Source of the DNA: Octopus sinensis
Lineage: Eukaryota
Reading direction: 5' to 3'
NCBI RefSeq assembly: GCF_006345805.1
Contig: NC_042998.1
Span: 79,670,001-79,734,000 of the forward strand
DNA: 64,000 nucleotides
Numbering within the stretch: position 1 is the stretch's first letter; each line of letters opens with the position of its first letter. Shown one piece after another: positions 23,841 to 38,207 of this stretch. Position numbers and translations under genes: made by a program. Below the pieces are notes generated by a model. That model saw only the letters and a list, made by a program, of their open reading frames with translations, made no database searches and was not told the origin of the DNA.

Positions 23841-24368
23841 CCATTGCTCTCTCTGTCTCTTCACACACACTAACAAAAGAACTTCACATACACACCACAC
23901 TTTCTGTCTCGCACACCCCATCAAACACACACACGTCACACCAACTTCAAAAGACCTTCCCTGATCCAATCGCGCTTTTTGTCTGTTTCGCTTTTACGCC
24001 GACTACAAAAGATCCCCTTTCCCTCAACCCCATATTTTTAATTTTTTACGGAAACAGACGATCTTCTTCAGGACTGTAAATAAATCCACGTAGTTTATAA
24101 ATGACAGTCTTGTTACTAATAACGTAAGATCGCCGCTTTCTCCTGTTCCTGGGTAGCCTTTTCTATATGTGATGTAGCAATCGCAAGTCTAGGGGTGGCT
24201 ACAATTCCCTGATGATGATATTCTCTAGCTTGCGGGATATGTATCCATACATAACTTTCTGCTTTCCTCCACATTACAGACGACCAGCTAGTCGCACGCG
24301 CGAATTTTGGATTTATGTATATAGCATTCATGTACGTATGTATGTATATGTTTGTATGTATGCGTGTG

Positions 24369-24400
<32 letters not shown>

Positions 24401-24422
24401 TGTATGTATGTATGTATGTATG

Positions 24423-24453
<31 letters not shown>

Positions 24454-25184
24454 TGCAATGTAGTTTTCAATGTATGCCTGGTCTTGATATCCACTTTAAT
24501 TCCGTCCACATAAAAAATTCATTACTGGAATATAAATTATGTAAGCCTTATGTAAGACAAAGTTGAACTCAGTGATTTTGATGTCATGGCTCATGAATAC
24601 ACACACACACACACACCACACACACACACACACACCATTGCTCTCTCTGTCTCTTCACACACACTAACAAAAGAACTTCACATACACACCACACTTTCTG
24701 TCTCGCACACCCCATCAAACACACACACGTCACACCAACTTCAAAAGATCTTCCCTGATCCAATCGCGCTTTTTGTCTGTTTCGCTTTTACGCCGACTAC
24801 AAAAGATCCCCTTTCCCTCAACCCCATATGTAAAAATTTTTTTTAATTTTTTACGGAAACAGACGATCTTTTTCAGGACTGTAAATAAATCCACATAGTT
24901 TATAAATGACAGTCTTGTTACTAATACCGTAAGATCGCCGCTTTCTCCTGTTCCTGGGTAGCAAAGTTGTAGCCTTTTCTATATGTGATGTAGCAATCGC
25001 AGGTCTAGGGGTGGCTACAATTCCCTGATGATGATATTCTCTAGCTTGCGGGATATGTATTCATGCATAACTTTCCGCTTTCCTCCACATTACAGACGAC
25101 CAGCTGGATGCGCGCGCGAATTTTGGATTTATGTATGTAGCATTCATGTACGTATGTATGTATATGTTTGTATGTATGCGTGTG

Positions 25185-25216
<32 letters not shown>

Positions 25217-25238
25217 TGTATGTATGTATGTATGTATG

Positions 25239-25269
<31 letters not shown>

Positions 25270-25412
25270 TGCAATGTAGTTTTCAATGTATGCCTGGTCT
25301 TGATATCCACTTTAATTCCGTCCACATAAAAAATTCATTACTGGAATATAAATTATGTAAGCCTTATGTAAGACAAAGTTGAACTCAGTGATTTTGATGT
25401 CATGGCTCATGA

Positions 25413-25416
<4 letters not shown>
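23841..25416 (+). repeat. Tandem duplication with a ~794-bp period; junction inside a (CA)n tract
   Basis: 23841-24600 and 24635-25416 align end to end, including the internal (TATG)n tract. A diverged inverted copy of the first part lies at about 22380-22720. Confidence 0.92.
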
Positions 25417-25448
<32 letters not shown>

Positions 25449-28429
25449 ACGCACATACAAACACATATACACATATTTTTCTATCCATGCATAAAAGTTT
25501 GTCTTCATGTGTGTAAGTATAAATTAAATATTTCATAATACTTTATAGAAGAAGGAGAAGATGGATATTACAAGAAGAAAATAAAAGCGCGATTTATCTA
25601 TTTCTCTCCGTTATTGTCACAGCGCTGTGGATGAAGTTTTGAATCTGTCTAATTGACACGAAGCAATTTTAGATAAATGATGCTAAACACGTGCGTATGT
25701 ATCAGTCAATAGTAGCAGGGAGATAACTGTAGTGTTACTTTCAACAGTCAGCAGTCACCTTCAGGTTCGGTAAGTGGTTTTTTCCTTTCTTGTCTCTTGT
25801 TTTGACCCATTCAAAGCACTTCACCCATGACATATTCAACTTGCGTTGAACAATAGGAACCTTCGGCTAATTGTTGTCCATCTCAGATCGAGCAACATTT
25901 GGTGTATGACAGTAGAATGTATGATTTTAGGGAGATTTGGATAGCTGGTCAAGCAATCACATACAGGTTCTCTCTTTTGCTGGCTTTCTTTCTTCTACAC
26001 ACAGAAACACGCATACATACAAACGTACACATACCTACATACACATATGTAGATACTGTTCATACGTACCTGAACATACATACATACGTACGTACATTTG
26101 TTTATTGTATAGGTTCGTAAACCTTTGTACAGTCACTGGATAAAAGAACTCGGTACAGTGATTGTGGTGTCTTGAGAAACCAGCAATCGGCAAAATTTCA
26201 TTGCGTACAATTATTACTGACAATAATGTTTCGAATGTTGGCACAAGGCCAGCAAACTTTAGAGGTTTGCTGGTACCTCAAGTACTTGACTGGTACTTGA
26301 TTTTATTGATCTCGAAAGGATGACAGACGAATTGAGCTCCGTATGATTTGAACGCCGAACATAAATCCCGGAAGAAATGCCGCTAAGCATTTTGTCCGCT
26401 GCGTATTAATGATAATAGTTTCAAATTTTGGCACACGGCTAGCAAATTTGGTGGCAGGGTTAGCCGATACCATCGTCTCCAATATTTGGCTGGCAGTTTA
26501 GTTTATCGACCCCGAAAGAATGAAAGGCAAGGAAGAAATATAGCAACGCAATTTGTATGAAACCGCGCACGCACTCGCATGCACCCACACACACGCGCGC
26601 ATGTGTGTATATAATGTAAATTATCTTGTGATTAAATTGAAATATTTCAAATTTTGGCACAAGGCTAGCAATTTTGAGCGGAAGGGCTAAGTCTGTAATT
26701 CTTTGGTATTAGACGATGTCATTCACCAACATAACCACTAGGATAAAAAAAGAAGGCGAATGACATCGTCTCTTCATTACACTCAGGAGACCAGTACCGA
26801 AGGAGTACTTATTTTATCGACTCCAAAAGGATAAAAGGCAAAGTCGACGTCGGCGGGTTTTGAACTCAGGACGTAACAAGCCGGAAGAAATACAGCAAAT
26901 CATTTTGTATGACGCAACCCACCCACTCATGCACACACGCGCGCGCGCGCGCGCGCATGCACACACACACACACACACACGAATGTACCCATACGTGTCT
27001 GTGTATATAAGGTAACTACTTTGCATGTTTGAATTGAAATAGATACACTTATGATCACGTCCAATGTTGAAGATACGGCAATGCAATTAGCATAATTGGT
27101 CCGTGTGCCCTAATGTCTTTTATGTAGAATAATGTTTATTTCAGTTATGTTCCCTTTCACTGTTACTCTTTATCTTTTGATTAATGCTTACCAACTTTTG
27201 AACATCGTAATTTATCAGAGGTGAAACCTTACATAACCGGTATGTTCTAAATAATCTAACGGTGTGTTTTAACTATTAGTACGTTGGAATTATAAATACT
27301 AATACCGGTGAATGATCAACATGCACTGTTATAATATCGTCTATTTTCTAAGATGGTCATAATGCGTGTTTTAGAGACCTAGTTATCTAAAGAGCTAAAC
27401 AAGCATTCACATATTTTCCACACGCACCCGCACGTCGTCATAGGGGTTTTTTTTTTGCCGGCGAGTTCAATTCATATGGACCCAATAGACATAAGCGCGG
27501 CGTGTGTGTAAACATAACGGTTGTTATCTACTTATAACATCTAAAATACTAATTCCTGGCATTGGTATAAGCCTACAGATTTGGTGGGAAGATAAAAAGC
27601 GATGACATCGACCCTGTACTTCTACCGTAATAATGAAAGGCAAAGTCGACACCAGGATTATTTGAATTCAGAACGGATACTGGCATGATTCTGTCAATCA
27701 AAATTTTCAGGTGATTTACTTGATAACAATATAGAAAGCACGCAACAAACATGATCTATTTCTTCTTAATTGTATACAGACAACGTCGAAACGATATCGC
27801 GATGTTTTGTGCAAACTATCCACATGATCATGTGTAGACACTAAAGAAAGTCCGGCTTATTGTTTCGTCACTAATTAAGACTAATTTAAAAGAAATAAAA
27901 CAGAAAATACAATAAAAACCCCAATAGGAGAGAAAGCGTGTCTAATAATGTCGAAAGTTCATTAAATCGAAGGAAACCGTAACCTAGGAGACCTCTCTCT
28001 CACACACTCACACACATGTTTGCATGATCTTTTACGATCTCTCACTCATTATTAACCTTTTATCTTAGCCGTTTTTTACTGTCTTTTTTTTTCTGTTCGT
28101 TGCTTTTTCTTGTTTTTTTTTGTGCTTCGTCGACCCACCCTTCTATATTGCTCTATGCAACAGTTCTTTCCCACCTCTTTCTTTGTCTCTCAAATTTATA
28201 CCTACAGCTCACCATCCATCATTTTAAAAAAATCATTATTTGTGTTTATTATCCGATGTGATAAATCCCAAATCTGTTACACAGAGGTTAACTGTACTTT
28301 AACTTTATTGAACCTACTGTTCATTAACGCATTTTGGGTCATTCGACAACCTCAAGGTGCGTTAATCCTGTTATATTCTTTTCTACTATAAGCACAAAGC
28401 CCGAAATTTCGGGGGAGGGTCTAGTCTAT

Positions 28430-29145
28430 TACATCGATGTCAATGCTCGACCGGTACTTATTTTATCGACCCCGAAACGATGATAGACAAAGTCGATTAC
28501 ATGGACCCCAACGGTACTTATTTTATCGGTCATGGAAGTTAAAGTCGACCTCGGCGAAATTTGAACTCAGAACGTTAAAGGTGGACGAAATGTCGCCTAG
28601 CATTTTGTCTGGTGTGCTAACGATTCTTATTTCTTTATTGCCCACAAGGGGCTAAACATAGAGGGAACTAAAAAGGACAGACAAAGGGATTAAGTCGATT
28701 ACATCGACCCCCAGTGCGTAACTGGCGTATCAAGTTACGGGCATTTTGATTGGGTTTTGGATAGAAAATTCACAAAAAAAGTCACTTCTATTGATTTTTT
28801 TTTTAATGGCTTTGCGAGGTGACTGGGGAAATAATGTAAATTTATCGACCCCGAAAGGTAAAGTCGACCTCGGCGGAATTTGAACTCAGAACGTAACGGC
28901 AGACGGAATACCTATTTCTTTACTGCCCACAAGGGGCTACACACAGAGGGGACAAACAAGAACAGACAAACGGATTAAGTCGATTATATCGACCTCAGTG
29001 CATAACTGGTACTTATTTAATCGACCCCGAAAGGATGAAAGACAAAGTCGACCTCGGCGGAATTTTAACTCAGAACGTAGCGGCAGACGAAATATCACTT
29101 AGCATTTCGCCCGGCGTGCTAACGATTCTGCCAGCTCACCGCCTT
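28430..29145 (-). mobile_element. Cluster of three to four tandem or nested copies of a second tRNA-derived SINE
   Basis: Repeated gtcgacctcggcggaatttgaactcagaacgt / atcgaccccgaaagg blocks. Same family as 63465-63698. Confidence 0.85.
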
Positions 29146-29539
29146 CGTTAATTCTCTCGTATAAAAACAAGCTGCTTCTTTTTCGCTTATTTCAGTTACC
29201 CTATTAATGATGTCACCATCGTTTATATTATGCTTATAGTTTAGTACATGAAATATATTTTCTTTATATATACTTTTAATCCAGTAGAGCTTCAAAAGTG
29301 AATATAAATCCTACAAAATGCTGTGGAATTTATATTCATTTTAAAGCTGTACGGGACAAAAAATGGCAAGACTTCCTTTTGTACCGCCCCCCCCCCCCAA
29401 AAAAAAAACACCACATATTTTATTTTATTTTTTTCTACACAAACCCCGGTTTTCAGCTACGGAGAATACGAATCTGCAAAGAAATTGGTAAAAATTGGCA
29501 TTTTGTAATTACTCCCCCCTCCCCTAATTTCTTCATTTT

Positions 29540-30580
29540 AAACTTTTTTTCAGATTGTGCTGCAGCAGTAGAGGAAGCATTTCTTGTTTGGTGTGCTGAA
29601 CGTTGCATGTTGCTCTGGGTGGCTTGTCATGCAGCAGTATGTGCTAACCGATCACAACGCTGCTCTTCTCTTTCCCTTCTTTGAGCTGAAGCCATCCTAA
29701 GTGCATTGAGAGAGTTCCTCTTGGCGGTGTCCTCGGCAGATTCATTTGCATGCATACGTTTACTTTTCTTTGCAGCATTTGTTTGCCAACCTATATTGGA
29801 TCTTTTGCATCAAGGCATGGTGGAAAATTATCAGTTTACGCAATAGAAAAAGTCCTAAGAAAAAAGTGGTAAATGTGTAGCACCCAAAAAATAGTAAAGT
29901 GTAGTTGGCAAAAATGTTAATCAAACAGACTGAATTAAGGATTTTTAATTTTGGGTAAGAGTTTTGAAGTGGCTAGTTTAAGTTGGAATAATTGTATGAA
30001 AAAGAGCGCTTACAGGAAAACAGGCAAATCGCGACTCGCAAATGAATACTGCTGGCAGTATTGTGCAAGCAGTCAATAAGAGCTCGCCACAGCTAACAAA
30101 GTAAAGTATTGGTTTTTTCCAGCTGGGTGTGTGTCACAATTTTTCGCTGGCCCAAGCCAAATCCTAGGCGAATTGAGAGTAGTTTATTTATGTTGGGGGT
30201 GCAGAATTTCAAGGAAAAAATTATAAGAAAAAGCGTCCTAAATCAAAGAGAGTACACATGTCAAATTTGGTGAAATTCAGTTGAAAATTGTAGGAGTAGA
30301 AGTGGTTCATACAACACACAGACAGACAACTTGCCTTTTAATATACAAGATCAAATGCGTACCTTTGCATGAATGTGGTGGGTTCAAATCCTAGGCGAAT
30401 TGAGACTAATCTATTTATGCTGGGGGTGTGGAATTTCGAGGAAAAAATTATAAGAAAAAACTTCCTAAGTCAAAGAGAGACCACGTCAAATTTGGTGAAA
30501 TTCGGTTGAAAATTGTAGGAGTAGAAGTGCTTCACACAACACACACACAGACAGACAATTTGCCTTTTAATATATGATAT
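29540..30580 (-). mobile_element. Helitron 5' fragment with duplicated 5' ends
   Basis: Minus strand MPxCKRSNIGWQTNAAKKSKRMHANESAEDTAKRN resembles a RepHel N-terminus. TC-TA-rich-TGTCTGTCTG 5' termini occur near 30350 and 30575. Confidence 0.65.
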
Positions 30581-30584
30581 AGAT

Positions 30585-30638
<54 letters not shown>

Positions 30639-31721
30639 TATATAAATTAGTAATGCAATACTAGAGTATTGCTTTCCAGTAAAGAATAGCCCTTGAGAGA
30701 AAAATATACAAAGAAGTAAATATATGGCACAACGAAGTACCGATATTTACTGGAAATATTACGTAATGTAATCTTGTATATTACGTTCGCTATTTCCAGT
30801 AAATATCTGTTCTTCGTTGTGCCATATATTTACTTCTTTATATATATATATATATATATATCTTAACATATAAAACTGAGAATGTGTTTCTGTCTGTCTG
30901 ACTGTGTGAATCCCTAAAACTCAAGAACTACCCAACCAATTTCATTCAAATTTTACATATGCCTTACTTAGGGTCCATGCAGTGTCATGGGCAAAACATT
31001 GTTTAATGGAAACCCGGAGCAATCTCTTATCTCTTACACTACTAAAGTATTATGTGTCAAAAGTGAAACAATAACATCTCTATTGTAATGTGAGATACTT
31101 CCAGTTTAATAGTTTCACTATTAATACTGAAACTATTATCTATATCTATCATATATGTGTATATATATATATGTGGCCGATGCCAGCGCCGCCTCGACTG
31201 GCTTCCGTGTCGGTGGCACGTAAAAAGCACCATCCGAATATATATCATCATCATTTAACATCCATTGTCCGTGCTGTCCGTGCAAGCATGACATAATGCC
31301 AAAGGTCTCGGTCATTGCCCAACACTTGAAAGGGACTTAGCCACTTTGCTTCTGTGAGGCCCAACGCTCTGAGTTCAAATTCCACCAAAGATGACTTTAC
31401 CTTCCATCCTTTCAGGGTTGCTAAAATAAGTACCAGTTACATACTGAAGTCAATGTACTCAACTTAGCCCCTTCTCCAAAATTGCCAGCCTTGTGCTAAA
31501 ATTTGAAACTATTATTATTATTAGTATATATATATATATGTCCAACCCATGCTAGCATGGAATACGGACGTTAAACGATGATGGGCATCCAGCCGTAGAA
31601 ACACTGCCAGATCTGACTGGGCCTGACGAAGCCTTCCAGCTTCACAGACCCCAGTTGACCCGTCCAACCCATGCTAGCATGGAAAGCGGACGCTAAACGA
31701 TGATGATGATGATGATGATGA

Positions 31722-31788
<67 letters not shown>

Positions 31789-31869
31789 TATATATATATA
31801 TATATATATATACTAGCAGAGACACCCAGTGTTGCTCAAGGTTAAAATGGCATAGACTTTTATTGTTTT

Positions 31870-33830
31870 ACTAGTTTTGGTCATGTGACTGCCTCTGCAT
31901 GTCTTCAGCAGTCACAGCCCATGTTTCACTGCTGTGTAGTATGGCAGTTTGCACACAGGCATCATACAATCTAACTTTCACTCTGAGCAAGAGGTCCTTT
32001 GTCACCAGTAGACGTAGGAGCTTTCTGAACTTTGTCCAGGCTATTCTTATTCTAGAAGCAATGCTCTCTGAGCATTCCCCCTCCCCACTACAGACTTGGT
32101 TACCTAGGTAGTGGAAGCTATCAACTACTTCTAGTTTCTTCCCCTGGCATGTGATGGAATCAGTTTCTAAGCATCTGCAGTGTTTATTGCCCCTGTGCAT
32201 CTGCCACACACAAAAGCTATCTTTCCGGTTAACCTTCCTTTGATGTTGCTGCACCTTTTATGCGTCCATAGCTTACACTGGGTACATCTTATGGAGTTTC
32301 TATTTACACCTTTTCTATAAATCGAACAGAGCCTTCGCCTTCCTACTTACTAGGACTTTGGTTTTTGCAACATTGACTCTAAGGCACTTCGATTCTAAAC
32401 CTTGCTTCCACACCTGAAATTTCTTCTCTGGTTCTGGTAGTGATTCTGCTATGAGAGCAAGGTCATCAGCATAGAGGAACTCCCAAGGGTAGCCTGTCTG
32501 TTATTGACTGGAAGACTATGATGAATAAGCGGGGGCTGAAGGCTGATCTTTGGTGAACCCCAATTTCTACATGGAATTCTTCGCTATAGTCATTGCCAAC
32601 CCTTACCTTACTAATGGCATCCCTGTACAAGGCCTGTACAGCTCTTATTAACCACTCGTTAATCCCCAGTTACTGCATTGCCCACCAGGTAAGGGATCGG
32701 AGGATCCTGTCAAAAGCTTTCTCCAAGTCAACAAAAACCAAGTATAGGGGTTTATCTTTGGCTAGGTATTTCTCCTGCAGTTGCTGTACCAGGAATATAG
32801 CATCAGTGGTGCTTCTACCTGGCATAAAACTGAACTGCATCTCATCTAAGCTGACTCTCTCCCTAATTAGTTGGGCTATGACCCTCTCCATGACCTTCAT
32901 CACCTGAACCAGCAGTTTGATATCCCTGTAGTTATTTCTATCTAAATCATCACCTTTATCTTTGTAGCAGTTGACTATGGTGCTGCTACACCAGTCATTG
33001 GGTATGACTCCTTCGTGAACTACCTGGTTTACAATATGGGTGATTAGGTCATGACCCACACCACCAGATATTTTAAGCATCTCAACAGTGATTCCTGATG
33101 GGCCAGGGTTTTTTTCCTGACTTCATATCCTTGATTGCTTTATCTACCAGGGTGATATCTATTTGGGTAGCTGGTCCCTCTATTGGGTCAAAATTTGGCA
33201 GGCTCTCCTCCTCCCATTCATTCTCCACATTCTGCAGCCTTTCATAATGGCTTCTCCAAGCCTCTTTCTTTTCAGAATCATTAAAAGCAAGTGCACCATC
33301 ATCCATGCTGACACATTTCTCTCCTGTGACATCACATTTTTTCTCAATCCGAAATACTTCAGTTCGTTGGTCCTCACGTTGCTGAACATTGGCAAACTTC
33401 TTTTCTGCTTCTCCCTTGGTTATGTATACATGTCGCCCAGCCTCCCTTCTGGCTATCTGGTATGGTTCCCTGTTACCCCAACTCTTTCCAGGCTTTCCAG
33501 GTCTGTTTCTTTGCTCTAATGGCCTTGTCTACCATATTATTCCACCACCATGTTACTCTAGGTCTGGGAGGGACTTTGCATCAGCCACTGATTTGGTCTG
33601 TGGCACTCAATAAGCTATCCCGTAGGAATTTCCAATTACCCTCTGTGTCCGAAGTCTGCAGTTCCTCTTCCCTCCCATCAAATTTCTCAGTGAGGATGTC
33701 CCTAAATCTTTGACCATGTGAAGGTTTCTTTAGCTTCCAAAATCCTTCTTTTCTGGATTGGTCTGCTTTTTGGCATCCTTCTGGCTTTGAGTCTAAAGTC
33801 AGTAATAATTAGTCTATGCTGGGAGTACAT
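31870..33830 (-). mobile_element. RTE-clade LINE ORF2, degenerate
   Basis: RT domains IPNDWCSSTIVNCYKDKGD, QFSFMPGRSTTDAIF, FVDLEKAFDR and FLYADDL, with stops and frameshifts. Confidence 0.92.
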
Positions 33831-36800
33831 TCTTCACTAGGGAGAGTTTTTGTATTTAAGAGCATGTATATATATATATTTATATACCATTATAGGTGTC
33901 TACTCTTTGAACCCCCCTCTTCAATACGCTATTTCACCATGCATTACCCCTCTCTCGATATCCTACGTTCTACTTGCCTAGAACCTGTCCTCTGAACCAC
34001 CCCCTCCCACTGGTGCTCCCCTATATTTCTGCACCCCCCCACCACCATTATAGGTGTCTACTATTTGAAGCCCCCTCTTCAATACGCTATTTCACCATGC
34101 ATTACCCCTCTCTCGGTATCCTACGTTCTACTTGCCTAGTACCTGTCCTCTGAACCATCCCTCCCACTGGTGCTCCCCTATATTTCTGCACCCCCCCCCC
34201 CATAAAAAGCACCATCCGAACGTGGCCGATGCCAGACCCCTCTGGCACCTGTGCAGGTGGCACGTAAAAAACACCCACTACACTAGCGGAGTGGTTGGCG
34301 TTAGGAAGGGCATCCAGCTGTAGAAACACTGCCAGACTAGACTGGAGCCTGGGGCAGTCCCGAGCTCCCCAGACCCCGGTCGAAACCGTCCAACCCGTGC
34401 TAGCGTGGAAAACGGACGTTAAATGATGATGATGATGATGATGTATGTATATATATGTATATTTTATAATATATTATTATTAATATCAGGAAATCAATAT
34501 TAGACAATTCTTCAGAAAGATATATACATGTCTAAAATAATTGTTGTATTAAATATATGAATATATATAAATATATGTAAATATGTATAAGTATAAATAT
34601 ATAATGTATATGACAGTTTAAAAGTTTTAAATTAAGTTTTTAAAGCATCTTACGATCATTTTGCAGAAGTGCTGTCCCTATACTGGAATCCTATAAGCAT
34701 TCAGAGATATAAAATTTGAATTTTGTATGATATATCGAATGGTAGTTTTTTTAAAAATTTGAAGTAATACTATAAAATAGTGTTTGTTTGAAATATGAAT
34801 TAAAAATTGAAATTACTGATTTTGATTTTGGTAAGTACACTTTAGTATGAGAGTCTTTAAATCCATATATACTTCCTTGGTTAGTCTTCATAATAATCCA
34901 TAATAGTTATGTGTAAAATCCATTATATTGTCTTGTATTCCAAATATAGTTCATAGATAATATAGAATAATGGAATCCTATATTGATAAGCATTTATAGA
35001 TAATCCTATATTGATAAGCATTTATATTTCAAACAAACACCATTTTGCCATAGTACTTACTCTCTTTTACTCTTTTACTTGTTTCAATCATTTGACTGTG
35101 GCCATGCTGGAGCACCACCTTTAGTCGAGCAAATCGACCCCGGGACTTATTCTTTGTAAGCCCAGTACTTATTCTATCGGTCTCTCTTGCCGAACCGCTA
35201 AGTGACAGGGACGTTAACACACCAGCATCGGTTGTCAAGCAATGCTAGGGGGACAAACACAGACACACAAACATATACACACACATACATATATATATGT
35301 ATGTACACTCACGGAGTGGTTGGCGTTAGGAAGGGCATCCAGCTGTAGAAACATTGCCAAATTAGACTGGAGCCTGGTGCAGCCTTCTGGCTTCCCAGAA
35401 CCCCGGACGAACCGTCCAACCCATGCTAGCATGGAGAACGGACGTTAAACGACGATGATGATGATGATGATATATATATATATTTTATAGAAGGAGCTTC
35501 TACAGGACAAGAACTGTTTCATTCAGATGAAATCTTCAGGAAGCTGGCTGTCAAAATAAGTTCTGGTATTTATGCATATAGGCAGATTTAATGGAGTGGT
35601 GGTGGGGGACGTTTTTTGGGTAGGTTGGTATTTAGGAGATATGATTCTTCTCATTTCAAAAAACACTCTGGCCTTTTGACCACTCCCCTAAGAACAATAG
35701 CTTGTGCCCTGTTTATCTCCTAAATACCAATCTTCTATAAAATAAATTACTTTACTCTGCTATGTATTGAGTACCTTATTTACTGTGGTTAACCCCGACT
35801 CAACCCGGGACCTACATATATATATATATATATATCATCATCATCATCATCATCATTTAGCATCCGTTTTCCATGCTAGCATGGGTTGGACGGTTCAACT
35901 GAGGTCTGTGAAGCCGGAAGGCTTCATCAGGCCCAGTCAGATCTGGCAGTGTTTCTACAGCTGGAAGGCCCTTCCTAACGCCATATATATACATATATAT
36001 GACAGGCTTCTTTCAGTTTCCATCTACCAAATCCACTCACAAGGCATTGGTCGGCCCGGGACTATAGCAGAAGACACTTGCCCAAGATGCCACGCAGTGG
36101 GACTGAACCCGGAACCATGTGGTTGGTAAGCAAGCTACTTACCACACAGCCACTCCTGCACCTACTTCATAATAAAAAAAAAAAAACTACCATTTGTTAA
36201 ATTATACAAATTTCACATTTGATATTAGTGAAGAGAAGATAGTTATATATAAATGCTTATCAATATAGGATTCCATTATTCTATATTATCTAAGTCTATG
36301 AACTATATTTAATGCTGCTAAACATTTTGCCCAACATGCTTATGATTCTGCCAGTTCGCTGCCAGTAAAGCAAATATTAAATAATATTATTAAAAATTTT
36401 TACAAATTTCCAAGAAGGATAATATTGAGGCTAATTTATATATGTGAATTTTTAAGAAATATAATGGTAATAGGCTTTAAGAAAATGAAGATAATGATTT
36501 TTAGGAAGTAGAACTAATGACAATTATTTTTTCTCATAATCTCAAAAATTATACCAAAATGATTAGAGACTTAATTAGTGTCACTCATTACAGGTTTTAG
36601 AGATAAGAAATAGGTTATTTGTAAAGATTAGCAGTTTAGTATTCAGGTTACTCTATCAAAGGTCCTGCTTATTTGTTCACATTGTTTTACATTAATCATG
36701 CATTGTTTCATAGCTTCATTTGGGCTGATTGTGGCCGGTTTAAATGCTGACCAGTTAGATGTAATATGTTACTACTGAGGTGTTTTGGCTCATTTATATA

Positions 36801-37506
36801 CTTATAGTGACTTGTAGTATTGACATCTTTAAATCTCTCTTCTTCAAAATTGCCCTGATTCACATCACTACAATTTGAGATCAGTCTCATTGCCATGGGG
36901 GAAATATTACCATACTGAAACAGATAAAAGTTGGCAACAAAAGGGCATCAGGTTGTAAAAATCCTGCCTCAACAAATTCTGTCTGACTATGGAAGCATAG
37001 AAAGTAGATATTAAATTATGATGATATATATAATGTTTCTGTCTTTCAGACCCACTCACAAAGCTTTAGTCAGCCCAGGGCTATAGTAGAAGACACTTGC
37101 CAATGGTGTCATGCAGTAGGACTGAACCTGAATCGCATGGTTGTGAAGTGAAATTCTAAGCCTAAAATACACATATATCGCCATCATTGTACCATTATCG
37201 CCATTGGTTTTATGCCAATGGCAAGCTGGAGAGCTGCACAAGGCTCCAGTCTGATTTCAGTTTCCGTTTACCAAATCCAATCACATGGCTTTTGTTGGCC
37301 TGAGGCCATAATAGAAGACACTTGCTCAAGGTGCCATGCAGTGGGATATAACCTGGAACCATGTGGTTGAGAAGCAAACTTCTTAACACACAGCCACGCC
37401 TACATATAATGTGTATGTATGCATATATATGTTGTCGAGGTTGTCGTCATCATCATTATCATTATTTAATGTCTGTTTTCCATTCTGGCATAGATTAGAT
37501 GGTACA

Positions 37507-37564
<58 letters not shown>

Positions 37565-38160
37565 AAGTTAATCCAAACAAGAAAGCACAAAAAAACACAA
37601 CAACGCGAGGACATGGAACAAATATAGTATTATTGGACACTCAGGAAAGAAGGAGGGTTTAACGTTTCGATCGGAGCTCTTCGTCGGAAACATAGGAGAA
37701 GGAAAGATCCAGAGAAGAGAAGACAGAGGAAAAAAAATCGCCTACAGTACACACGCGGTCACATATATATATGTATGTATGTATATATATATATATATAT
37801 ATATAGGCATGTATGTTTGTGCCTGCATGTATATGTGTGTGTGTTGTGTTTGTGCCCCAGCATGGCTGCAGTCCAATGGCTGAAATAAAAGATATATACA
37901 TATATATATGCATTCATGCAAACATGCACATGCGTGCACACAAACGTACACACACACACATACATGCATGCATATACTCAATTTAACAGCCAGTTTTTCA
38001 TATTTGCATAGGCTGGATGAAATTTTGTTGAGGTGGATTTTCTACAGCCAGATGCTCTCTCTGTCACTAACCCTTACTTGTTTCAGGCAAGGTAATATTT
38101 TCCTATGATCACACATTGCATGATGCCAGAGTTAGGTGACAGCATGCATGAACACACACA

Positions 38161-38207
<47 letters not shown>

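Noticed and set aside
36708-36896. 62-aa minus-strand ORF with an upstream acceptor, as a nested gene exon
   Set aside because: The acceptor derives from a SINE segment, there is no good donor, and the peptide is unrecognisable.
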